Source of the DNA: Candidatus Saelkia tenebricola
GTDB lineage: Bacteria; Omnitrophota; Gorgyraeia; Kaelpiales; Kaelpiaceae
Assembly (NCBI GenBank): GCA_030765145.1
Contig: JAVCDA010000010.1
Location: 49,087 to 113,086, forward strand
Direction: 5' to 3'
Length of the DNA: 64,000 nucleotides
The notes under the pieces were generated by a model that saw nothing but the letters and a program-made list of their open reading frames with translations, searched no databases and was not told the origin of the DNA. Below, one piece after another: positions 9,186-17,809 of this stretch (positions within the stretch are counted from its first letter, which is position 1; each line of letters opens with the position of its first letter). Both the position numbers and the translations under genes were made by a program.

Positions 9186-11006
9186 TTATTGTGTCTCCTT
9201 CTTATCTTTTTTATTTTCTTTCGGAGCCCAACCATTTATCTTCTTGTTGTAAGTTTCAAGCTCTTCTTTCGCCAAGTTTATTTTCTCAACACTTGTAATT
9301 TTAGACTCTATTTCTTCTGTTACAAGAGAAGTTGGCTCTGCTTCTTCTATCAGCCCTTGACCCATAAATTCAACTTTTTCTTCACAAACCCGTGATACCT
9401 CATCTAAAGTAATCATGCCTTTTAATACTTTATCCACTCCATCTTCAAATAAAGTCTTCATTCCTTTCTTACGCGCTGCTTCTTTTAAGGCTACGACAGA
9501 ACTCTCTGCTACTATCATCTCCCTGAGCTCATCATCAATAAGCATGATTTCAAAAAGCCCTACTCTGCCCTGATAACCAGTCCCCTTACAGGAATCACAC
9601 CCCACCCCTTTATAAAGGTCTATTTTTTTACCGTATTTTTGTAAATGGAATCGCTCTATAACTGATTTGGTAGCTGGATAACTTTTTTTACACTCCGGAC
9701 ATATCTGCCTGGCCAATCTCTGCGCCATTACCGTAATAAGACTAGCAGATATCAAAAAAGGCTCCAGCCCCATATTGTGTAATCTTGTAACAGCGCTGGG
9801 AGCATCATTAGTATGCAAAGTAGAAAAAACCAGATGTCCTGTAAGAGCAGACTGCACAGCGATATTCGCTGTTTCTAAATCCCTGATTTCCCCAACCATT
9901 ATTATATCTGGATCATGCCTTAATATCGAACGCAATCCGCTGGAAAAAGTAAGCCCGGATTTAGGATTTATTTGAACCTGACGTATTAAAGGCAATCTAT
10001 ACTCTACAGGATCTTCAATTGTTACAATGTGCTTATCAATTGTATTAAGCTCCATTAGCGCAGAATATAAAGTTGTAGTTTTACCTGAGCCAGTCGGACC
10101 TGTTGTAAGAACCATGCCATACGGATGTGCAATTGTCTGCTTAAACATATTTAAAGAATCGGTGAAAAACCCCAGCTTCTCCAGGCCCAAAAGAACATTT
10201 GATGTATCCAATATTCTCAAAACAACATTTTCACCATTTACCGTCGGAAGGGTTGAAACTCTGACATCTACATCTTTAGCATCAACCATCACTTTAAAAT
10301 GTCCGTCTTGAGGAATTCTCGATTCTGCAATATCAAGATCAGACATAACTTTTATTCTTGATATCATCGCCATCTCCAAAGACTTTGGAGGAGAAGGGAC
10401 CTCGTATAATATGCCATCAATTCTGAAACGTATTCTTAGTTTGTCAGGCTCCGGCTCAATGTGAATATCGCTTGCCCTATCCCTTACGGCCTGCGCAACT
10501 AAAAGATTGATTATTTGAATTACAGAATCTCCTATATCATCTCCGATTTCTCCTATTTTTTGAACTATCTTTTCTGCACTGGAAACAGCCCGGTAAATTT
10601 TGTCAATTCCAGACTGCATTTCAGATCTAGTAATAAAACATGGTTTTATATTAAGGCCTGTAAAACGTCTGACTTCGGAAACAACACCATAATCTATCGG
10701 GAAAAGAAACCCTACGAAAAACCATTTTTTTATTTTAAAAAGCGGCAAAATATTGTTTTTACGGGCTAAATCTTCAGATAACAGGTAAATTGCCTCTTTG
10801 GTGGGATCAATATAGCTTAATTCTAAATATGGAATTTTACAAAACAAAGACGATTCGATTAAAATCTGGGTTTCTTTTTCCGGAAGTATCTCTGTAAGAA
10901 CTTTTAAAACATCATCGTTTCTCTGAGAAGCAACTGTTTTAGCTTTCTCTATCTGGGACGCTTCAACCACCCCATTTTCCACCAATTTATCCAGTAGCAG
11001 CTGCAT
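9186..11006 (-). CDS. pilB: Type IV pilus assembly ATPase PilB (GspE family).
   Basis: N-terminal GSPII_E N domain. Walker A is TTGPTGSGKTTTLYSAL. VGEIRD Asp box, His box, tetracysteine motif CPECK..C..C. Confidence 0.9.
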   Translation of the reverse strand: MQLLLDKLVENGVVEASQIEKAKTVASQRNDDVLKVLTEILPEKETQILIESSLFCKIPYLELSYIDPTKEAIYLLSEDLARKNNILPLFKIKKWFFVGFLFPIDYGVVSEVRRFTGLNIKPCFITRSEMQSGIDKIYRAVSSAEKIVQKIGEIGDDIGDSVIQIINLLVAQAVRDRASDIHIEPEPDKLRIRFRIDGILYEVPSPPKSLEMAMISRIKVMSDLDIAESRIPQDGHFKVMVDAKDVDVRVSTLPTVNGENVVLRILDTSNVLLGLEKLGFFTDSLNMFKQTIAHPYGMVLTTGPTGSGKTTTLYSALMELNTIDKHIVTIEDPVEYRLPLIRQVQINPKSGLTFSSGLRSILRHDPDIIMVGEIRDLETANIAVQSALTGHLVFSTLHTNDAPSAVTRLHNMGLEPFLISASLITVMAQRLARQICPECKKSYPATKSVIERFHLQKYGKKIDLYKGVGCDSCKGTGYQGRVGLFEIMLIDDELREMIVAESSVVALKEAARKKGMKTLFEDGVDKVLKGMITLDEVSRVCEEKVEFMGQGLIEEAEPTSLVTEEIESKITSVEKINLAKEELETYNKKINGWAPKENKKDKKETQ

Positions 11007-11007
11007 A

Positions 11008-11385
11008 TTAAATAATTTTTTTTATCTCTTCAAAAATAAAATCTATGTTATACACCTTGTAAAGAACCTTATCAATATTGCTGTCCTTGGCCATCTCCTG
11101 TGCATTTTCGGTAAGAGTATCTGTTATAAGAATTGACTTCATCTCTTTAAATCTGGAATCTTTTTTCAAAAACTTAAATAACAAAAATCCATCCCAATCC
11201 CATTGTGGAAATATCATCTCCAAAACTGCCACTTTGGGCTTTTGAGTCTGAATATAGTAGCAGGCATCAAAGGCTTCATCTGTAGTATAAACATTCTTTT
11301 CTGGGAAACCCTGTTTTATTTTTTCTGAAAGCAGATTTATAAATTGTGTATCGCTTCCACCAAGTATAATAAAATCCGAATTCAT
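11008..11385 (-). CDS. Stand-alone receiver-like (pseudo-REC) domain protein. Glu sits at the phosphoacceptor position.
   Basis: 125 aa with alternating beta-alpha pattern: DFIILGGSD (beta1, acidic pocket degenerate), KVAVLEMIFPQWDGF (beta3, E in place of the phospho-Asp), SILITDT (beta4 Thr), DKVLYK (beta5 Lys). Separated from pilB by 1 nt. Confidence 0.45.
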   Translation of the reverse strand: MNSDFIILGGSDTQFINLLSEKIKQGFPEKNVYTTDEAFDACYYIQTQKPKVAVLEMIFPQWDWDGFLLFKFLKKDSRFKEMKSILITDTLTENAQEMAKDSNIDKVLYKVYNIDFIFEEIKKII

Positions 11386-12893
11386 TACAAAATCTCCTTA
11401 AGAAGTCTTTCCGCTTCTTTTCTATCGTGAGCATCAGGTGCCAATTCCAAATATTTTTTAAGATAAACTCTTGCCTTATCGTAATCGTATATGTAATGCA
11501 TGTAAATTAAGGCTATATTGTAGATAGCATCAGTATCTTGAGGTAACATTTCATTCGTTTTTAAAAATTCACCTAAAGCAGCCTGGTAATTATCCTTTTT
11601 TAAATAATGTACTCCAAGATTATAATGCAGAAATGCCTCTTTACGCAGATAAACCTGTTTTTCTTCATCAGCAACGCTTTCTCCGGCTTTTTTGAGCTGA
11701 TAAATCAAGCTCGACATTGCTATCTCAGGATCTACATCTTCCACTTTCATTTTGCCTAAATCTACAACTGTTTTTACATCTTTTACTAACGGATCTTGGG
11801 AATTATCCAAAATCTTATCTAAAGATGTAATTTTTTTCTGCAGTTGCGTGTTTACCTCGGAAACTCCGCTTAAGACTTCGGAAATGTTCTTATAGCGCAG
11901 CTGAAATGTCTGTAATTCATTTTTCATCTGCTGATTTTCACCTTTAAGTTGAATGATTTGCCTCTCTTGTTTTGTAGATTCACTTTCAAGAGCGATAAAT
12001 TCTTTCTCCAAGTTCTGAATCCGTTTAACTCTTCCTAGTATCTCAACTTCTTTCTGTTTTAACTTCTTTAAAAGAGATTCTTTCTCTTGGGTTAAAATCT
12101 GTTTTTCTTCGGTTAATACCAAAACCTTCTCAGCCCTTAGGCCTACTTTAATCCGATTGTCTTCTGCTTCTTCCCGGGCTTGACTTAACCCCTGCTCCGT
12201 CTTAAAAAGTTTTGATTTTAATTCTTCTATCATAGCCCTTAAAATTCGTGCTTCTCTAACCAACATATCTTTCTCTTCTTTTGTTAAGCTTAATAGTTCA
12301 AATGTTTTCCTGTTTTTTTTCTCAAGAACTTCAATCTTATCCTGGATACCTGATAGCCTATCCATTTCAGAATCGAGTTTCTGTTTTTGTTTGGCAATTT
12401 TTTTGAATTCCAAAGAAAGCTTTCGCAATTCAAGCCTCAAACGCTCATTATCCTCTTCAACTTTATTTAAACTGTTTTTTCTTTTTGAAACTTTTTCTAT
12501 TTGTTTTTTTAGATTATTTAATTGTGAATTCAGCTGCTTCTTTTCTTCTCTCAAATCATCAATTTGAACATCTAATTCTTTAACGCGCGATTTTAATCTC
12601 GGAGTTTGCTCTACAAGCTCTCTCTTTGTATCTTTTAGAGCGCTTCTTAGGATTTCTGTTTCCCGGACTGCAGATAAAAGCTCTATTTCTAAACGGTTTA
12701 CTTCCTCTTGGGCTGCTGATCTTAAGTCCCGCTCCTTATTGATTTCTTCTATTTTTACAGACAACTCAGATTCTACAGATTTTATTGCACTTGAATAATC
12801 TCTTCTGCTCTTAGAAATAAGTACCAGCGCTGCTGCAGCACACAACACCAGTACTATTAGCATAACTTTGGATTTTTTTTTACTTTCTTCCAC
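11385..12893 (-). CDS. Membrane-anchored long coiled-coil protein with C-terminal TPR, a FimV/HubP-like scaffold candidate.
   Basis: N-terminal TM (VMLIVLVLCAAAALVLI), about 350 aa of heptad-rich E/K/L/R sequence, and a C-terminal TPR (FLHYNLGVHYLKKDNYQAALGEF..AIYNIALIYMHY..ARVYLKKYLELAPD). Confidence 0.5.
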   Translation of the reverse strand: MEESKKKSKVMLIVLVLCAAAALVLISKSRRDYSSAIKSVESELSVKIEEINKERDLRSAAQEEVNRLEIELLSAVRETEILRSALKDTKRELVEQTPRLKSRVKELDVQIDDLREEKKQLNSQLNNLKKQIEKVSKRKNSLNKVEEDNERLRLELRKLSLEFKKIAKQKQKLDSEMDRLSGIQDKIEVLEKKNRKTFELLSLTKEEKDMLVREARILRAMIEELKSKLFKTEQGLSQAREEAEDNRIKVGLRAEKVLVLTEEKQILTQEKESLLKKLKQKEVEILGRVKRIQNLEKEFIALESESTKQERQIIQLKGENQQMKNELQTFQLRYKNISEVLSGVSEVNTQLQKKITSLDKILDNSQDPLVKDVKTVVDLGKMKVEDVDPEIAMSSLIYQLKKAGESVADEEKQVYLRKEAFLHYNLGVHYLKKDNYQAALGEFLKTNEMLPQDTDAIYNIALIYMHYIYDYDKARVYLKKYLELAPDAHDRKEAERLLKEIL

Positions 12894-12897
12894 AGTT

Positions 12898-14280
12898 TTA
12901 TTCCAAATTTTTAGCCGGTTTAAAAGAGCTTTTTATTTCTATAATTTTATCTTCTTTTTTTTCCTGAGTTCTTACTATTGTTGCGGTAACAAAAATCAAC
13001 AAATCTGTCGTTTCAAATTCTTTACGTTTATGTCTAAATATAAACCCTAAGAGCGGGATATTACCTAAGATCGGAACTTTATCAACAGTATCTATCTCTT
13101 TCTGTTTTATAAGACCTCCTATTGCTACTGTTTCTCCGTCCTTTAACTGCACTTGGGTAATTACTTCCCTTGTGTCGATATAAGGTCTTTCATCATTAGG
13201 CCCGACATATACACCTGTAAAATCGCTAACCACAGGATGCAATGTGATAGTGATTTTTTCATCCGGAGACACATGCGGTGTAACCTCTAAAGAAATTCCT
13301 ACCTCTTCTTCATCGTAACCGGAGATTTCATATGTTCCGGTTTCTTCATTAAAAGTATATATCGGAATCGGAATTTTAGTTCCAACAAGAATCTTGGCTT
13401 GCTTATTATTTAAAGTCACGACTCTGGGATGAGAAAGTACTTTAGTATCGATATCTTGTTCTATAGCTTGTAAGACAGCCTGAAATTCTGTAAAATTCAA
13501 TGTCCCGAATGTAAAATCACCTGTTGTAGCATAAGGAAAACCATGGCCATAGGGAAAAGCGTCTGTAGTAACACTCCCTGCTACAGTGGAAGAACCTATG
13601 TTTTCAGGGAAAAAACTTTTGGGACCCACTTTTCTGAATGGTAAGGTATGCGGCCTCTTGGCACCGGTTGCAGTTGCTTTCATTGTCCATTTAATACCCA
13701 GCTTTTTATCATCATCGATATTGGTCTCTATAATTTTAGCTTCAATAAGAACCTGGGGGGTTTCCTTGTCTAAATTTTCGATAAGCTTACCTACATTATC
13801 AATTGCGTTAGAGGTATCGGTAACGATTAAAGCATTCGACCGGGCATTAATTTCAATGGAGCCGATATTTGAAAGGGCTTTCTCCAAGCTGGGTTTAAGA
13901 TCTTCAGCTACTGCATTGTTAAGAACAAACACCCTGGTAAAAGGAGCCTCTTTTTCTATTTCCTCAGGCGTTGTAACTTTAATAACCGACCCCTTCTTGG
14001 TATAAGCATATCCGTTGACAGTAACAATTGCATCAATTGCCTCCTCAACACTGATATTGAAGAATTTGACGCTGATATTACCTTCAACTTTATCTGATAT
14101 CACAAGATTCAAACCAAACTGCTCCGCCAACAGTCTTAAAACGTCACTTATTTTAGCATCTTTAATTTCCAGAGCTGCAATTTTATTATCTAAGATTGTA
14201 AACGTCTGCTCTTGAGATACGGCAAAGGCAATGTTGTAAAATATCATAAATAATAAAACCGTCGCGATTATTTTCTTCAT
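12898..14280 (-). CDS. pilQ: Type IV pilus secretin PilQ (GspD/secretin family).
   Basis: Signal peptide, secretin N domains (NISVEEAIDAIVTVNGYAY..VIKV), and a C-terminal secretin domain with VPILGNIPLLGFIFRHKRKEFETTDLLIFVTATIV. Confidence 0.8.
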   Translation of the reverse strand: MKKIIATVLLFMIFYNIAFAVSQEQTFTILDNKIAALEIKDAKISDVLRLLAEQFGLNLVISDKVEGNISVKFFNISVEEAIDAIVTVNGYAYTKKGSVIKVTTPEEIEKEAPFTRVFVLNNAVAEDLKPSLEKALSNIGSIEINARSNALIVTDTSNAIDNVGKLIENLDKETPQVLIEAKIIETNIDDDKKLGIKWTMKATATGAKRPHTLPFRKVGPKSFFPENIGSSTVAGSVTTDAFPYGHGFPYATTGDFTFGTLNFTEFQAVLQAIEQDIDTKVLSHPRVVTLNNKQAKILVGTKIPIPIYTFNEETGTYEISGYDEEEVGISLEVTPHVSPDEKITITLHPVVSDFTGVYVGPNDERPYIDTREVITQVQLKDGETVAIGGLIKQKEIDTVDKVPILGNIPLLGFIFRHKRKEFETTDLLIFVTATIVRTQEKKEDKIIEIKSSFKPAKNLE

Positions 14281-14284
14281 TGTA

Positions 14285-14743
14285 TTAATCTCCTTTTTCT
14301 AATCTAATCATTATATTGTTTTTATCCTCTTCTAATTTAACAGTTATATTATTCCCATCTTCTTCTACAACAACATAATCTTCATCTATTTTTACAATTC
14401 TATAAACCCCGAGAATACCTCCCTCGCGATAAAACTCCCCATTAATCATCGCAATACCTTCTCCGCTTACATCTATTGATATCGCCTCCAGGTGTATTTT
14501 CCCCGAAAATTCTTCAATAGAAGATGCTGTAAAAGGATCTTTCTTCCATTCCTGCTTCCTATTTTGAATCCTTATCTCATGAGCACCGGGAGACAATTTA
14601 AATCCCAGTGTATCATCTTCGTTGAAAAAAATCTTTTTAAGCGTAACACGACCAGCGCGTAACTGAGGGGTACCTACAAAATATATACCGAATAAAAAAC
14701 CTAATAACACTACGGTTATAAAGACAATTGCATACCTTTTCAT
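14285..14743 (-). CDS. Small membrane-anchored protein, PilP-like by position and size.
   Basis: One N-terminal TM plus a beta-rich soluble domain. Lies between pilO and pilQ as pilP does in canonical pilMNOPQ operons. Confidence 0.3.
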   Translation of the reverse strand: MKRYAIVFITVVLLGFLFGIYFVGTPQLRAGRVTLKKIFFNEDDTLGFKLSPGAHEIRIQNRKQEWKKDPFTASSIEEFSGKIHLEAISIDVSGEGIAMINGEFYREGGILGVYRIVKIDEDYVVVEEDGNNITVKLEEDKNNIMIRLEKGD

Positions 14744-15357
14744 ATCTCCTCTTTCATTATAAATTCCATTCTCAACTTGATACTAAGAAAGTCTCCGTTA
14801 ATCTTAACGATTTTAATTCTGCCAATTTCAAACATATTGCCCTTACCTTCTATATCTTCTAAAAATCTTGTGAATTTTAAGTAACTTGTTACCAATTCCA
14901 ACTCTAACCCGTATCTTTTAAAATTATAACCTAGAGCCCCCTTTAAATCATAAAGATATTTAAACCCCCCCATTTTTATCCCATGTCTTTCTAATTCGGA
15001 TATAACATTCTGAGCTGTTATGAGAAAATCTTTACTTGGGGAAATATTCTGAATTAAAGCCTTCCGACGATCTTTCAAGAGCTCTATATCTTGATCGATA
15101 TTGGGGTGCTCAGCAAGTGCATTCTCTAAAGCTAATGAATTATTGGTTATAAACGCCAGCTCTTTTTGATACCCTCTGGCTTTTTCTATTTCCGGAGAAA
15201 TAAAAATTTTGAGAACAAAACCCGCAAGCAGGATTAAACCCAAAATAGACGCTATTAAAACTCTTTTTACCTTTATAAGTCGCAATAAATATTTTAAATC
15301 ATCCGGTTTAAAATTTCTAAAAAAACCCTGAATCTCTGAATTTAAATTAGTAAACAT
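14740..15357 (-). CDS. PilO-like bitopic protein (TM plus coiled coil plus ferredoxin-like domain).
   Basis: Single TM (VLIASILGLILLAGFVL), coiled-coil segment, then a roughly 100-aa domain. Lies between pilMN and the pilP-like gene. Confidence 0.45.
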   Translation of the reverse strand: MFTNLNSEIQGFFRNFKPDDLKYLLRLIKVKRVLIASILGLILLAGFVLKIFISPEIEKARGYQKELAFITNNSLALENALAEHPNIDQDIELLKDRRKALIQNISPSKDFLITAQNVISELERHGIKMGGFKYLYDLKGALGYNFKRYGLELELVTSYLKFTRFLEDIEGKGNMFEIGRIKIVKINGDFLSIKLRMEFIMKEEI

Positions 15358-17024
15358 TTTAATTCGAAATATAATTCATTAGCATAGCTCTTATGCTTTG
15401 TGTTTAAAATCTTTAGCTCTTTAAAATAAATCGTACTTTCTAATTTCTCAACAAACTGACTTAAGATAGCATTGGGTGAACCCCATTCAGCAATAACACT
15501 CCCGTTCAATAACAAGACCCGCACCCCACCTTCTGTTTTATCTTCAATCTTACTTAAAGTAATCTCATCGGGAGTAACATTGCTTAATTCTTTTAATATC
15601 CCTATCCAATCTGGATATTGAGAATAAATTTTAGCAATACTCGTCTCTAGCTCTCCAACCTCATGCATTAATTCGTTTACCAGCTCGACTTTTTCAACTA
15701 CAGGCACAGATTCTGAGTAAACGCTCTTTGTATCGATAACGATTTTTCTCATATAAGAAATATTTAATTTAATCCCGAAATAAAAAAACAACAAAAATCC
15801 CAGCAACATCCCCAGATAAAGAAAAACTTTATTCTTCGCTTTTTGGGTTTCCCGGATAATTTTATAATGGGGAGGTAAAAGGTTATATTTTTTAATGTCC
15901 GGATACAAACACCCCAGCATAATGATTGCCTCTGCTGTTAAATTCTGAGCAATTCCTGGGTCTAATGCAATATCATCACTAATACTTATCGGATCGAAAT
16001 AAAGATACGGCAAGGAAAGTTTGCTTTCTATAAACTCACCCAGCCCCTTGATTTCTCCCCCTTCGCCGATCAGGTAAATCCCGGATATTTTTTCTGAAGT
16101 AAAACCACGTCTATATTCCTGGATAAACACATTCAACTCTTGATAAAGAATATCTAATGCAGGAGACAATAAAACTCTTAACTGCTGATAAGTGATTTCA
16201 AAGGAAGATTCTTTTTCTGCCGGATGGCTAACTTTATCCAAAATGCCTAACCTTTGCCTGTATTTAATTAGGTGCTTCCCTTCTCCCAACGGATACCCGA
16301 GTTCATTTACAATACCCCTTGCTGCTTGAGGGCTAATCTCTACCGGACCTGTTTTCGTATATACAGCTCTAATTAAGGCTTTCTGAATGTCTTTAAAACC
16401 AAAATCTATAGTTTTACAACAAACAACAAATTTATCTTTTAAAACAAACATTTCGCTATATTCTTTCTCTAATCTTAAAACTCCAATAGAATCTTCCTTA
16501 GGGATCAGTTTGAGACTGGAAAAAAGCGTCTCCGTTGCTATAGTTGAAGTTCTGACTTTTAAAACCTCTATTTCAAGATCACTTAATATACCAACAGCCC
16601 TGCTTGCAACCTCCTTGTTAACCCCCGAAACCATACCTGCAATTAAATCCTGAGCTTCGATCTTATTTATTCTGTGTCCCAAGTAATAATCCTGAAATTC
16701 GATCCCTGCATCATGAGTAATAACGTGAAAACAATGGCTTAGCGCTTCTGTCTTAGGCATTAAAGGCAAAACCTTGGCACAAGTCGCTACATAACTGGGA
16801 GAAAAAAGAAGATAAGCAGATGTAATATCTGCCTGATAAATTTCCTCAACATACTTCTTAAACAACATCCAAAAATCAGGACTACTAAGACCATCTTGAA
16901 CATAAAAAGACTTGAAGTTTTGCAGAAGAAATTTCCCTTCTTCCTTTTTAACAACAGCCAGGCGTAAGTAATTCCCCCCTATCTCTATAAGGCAAAGACG
17001 TTCTTTCTTCTTAAATAACTCCAT
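15342..17024 (-). CDS. Fused PilM-PilN (actin-like ATPase-fold PilM joined to TM/periplasmic PilN).
   Basis: N-terminus CLIEIGGNYLRLAVV (PilM/FtsA-like). After about 370 aa comes a TM (VFLYLGMLLGFLLFFYFGI) and a periplasmic region of roughly 170 aa, typical of PilN. Confidence 0.55.
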   Translation of the reverse strand: MELFKKKERLCLIEIGGNYLRLAVVKKEEGKFLLQNFKSFYVQDGLSSPDFWMLFKKYVEEIYQADITSAYLLFSPSYVATCAKVLPLMPKTEALSHCFHVITHDAGIEFQDYYLGHRINKIEAQDLIAGMVSGVNKEVASRAVGILSDLEIEVLKVRTSTIATETLFSSLKLIPKEDSIGVLRLEKEYSEMFVLKDKFVVCCKTIDFGFKDIQKALIRAVYTKTGPVEISPQAARGIVNELGYPLGEGKHLIKYRQRLGILDKVSHPAEKESSFEITYQQLRVLLSPALDILYQELNVFIQEYRRGFTSEKISGIYLIGEGGEIKGLGEFIESKLSLPYLYFDPISISDDIALDPGIAQNLTAEAIIMLGCLYPDIKKYNLLPPHYKIIRETQKAKNKVFLYLGMLLGFLLFFYFGIKLNISYMRKIVIDTKSVYSESVPVVEKVELVNELMHEVGELETSIAKIYSQYPDWIGILKELSNVTPDEITLSKIEDKTEGGVRVLLLNGSVIAEWGSPNAILSQFVEKLESTIYFKELKILNTKHKSYANELYFELKCLLI

Positions 17025-17038
17025 TGGAATTCATTTTA

Positions 17039-17650
17039 TCACAATTGCTTAAGCAATCTCAAATAAATCATTTTCTTAGCTGTTGTTTCTATAGCAGCGC
17101 TAAGATTATATGCTGTTTCCAAACCGCTTGCTGCAACAACTATGCCATGTTTTTCCAGAATCAAAACCGGATGCGTGATTAGATTCCTCGCTACTTCATT
17201 AGCCAAGCTCTCTCCTCCCGGTTCATAAAAAGGGATTTTTTTAATTTTATCATTTAGGAGATGATTGAATTCCAAGTCTTTTGAATTCAAATCCAAGCCC
17301 AGCTCATCTAAGAGCGCAATATAAAAAGGGTGTAGATGAAATATTGCGTTATACTGCGGATTCAAAACATAGGAAAGCGCATGCATTTTCCACTCGCTAC
17401 TCAAATGAGCTGTTCTCTTTATTAAATCAAGACCATTTTTTATCGAAATAATGGAAAAATCACTCATCTTAGCTGCTGATAGACTTGCCCCTCTATTTTT
17501 GATTATCACACTACTGCCCACTCTTAAACTGATATTTCCGAAACAGGAATATGTAAGCTTTTCCTGTGCCAAAAGATGGGCAAAGGAAATCAGCTCTTTT
17601 CTCATTTTCATTAGGCTGTTATTATAAATGAAACACATATTGATTAACAA
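17039..17650 (-). CDS. Class II aldolase/adducin-domain protein (L-fuculose-1-phosphate aldolase-like).
   Basis: FGNISLRV.., HLHP, and a EKHGIVVAASG motif pattern. Confidence 0.5.
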   Translation of the reverse strand: MLINMCFIYNNSLMKMRKELISFAHLLAQEKLTYSCFGNISLRVGSSVIIKNRGASLSAAKMSDFSIISIKNGLDLIKRTAHLSSEWKMHALSYVLNPQYNAIFHLHPFYIALLDELGLDLNSKDLEFNHLLNDKIKKIPFYEPGGESLANEVARNLITHPVLILEKHGIVVAASGLETAYNLSAAIETTAKKMIYLRLLKQL

Positions 17651-17809
17651 TAAGTATTTTTTAAACTGCTTATGCTACTCCTATTTTACGTGAAGCCCCA
17701 TAAATATAACCGTAAAACCCCAAGAGCAAACAAAAGTTTTAGGCATTGCTAATTGTTTTTCTTTAAAATATAATCATAGTCAATCTAAACTTGAAAAGGA
17801 GTTAAAACT

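Noticed and set aside
17651-17809. A tRNA or small RNA in the 159-nt gap between the aldolase-like gene and ppiD
   Set aside because: No cloverleaf-compatible stems, no conserved GTTC/TpsiC-like box and no acceptor-stem pairing were found. The gap is simply AT-rich promoter DNA with a GGAG RBS for ppiD.
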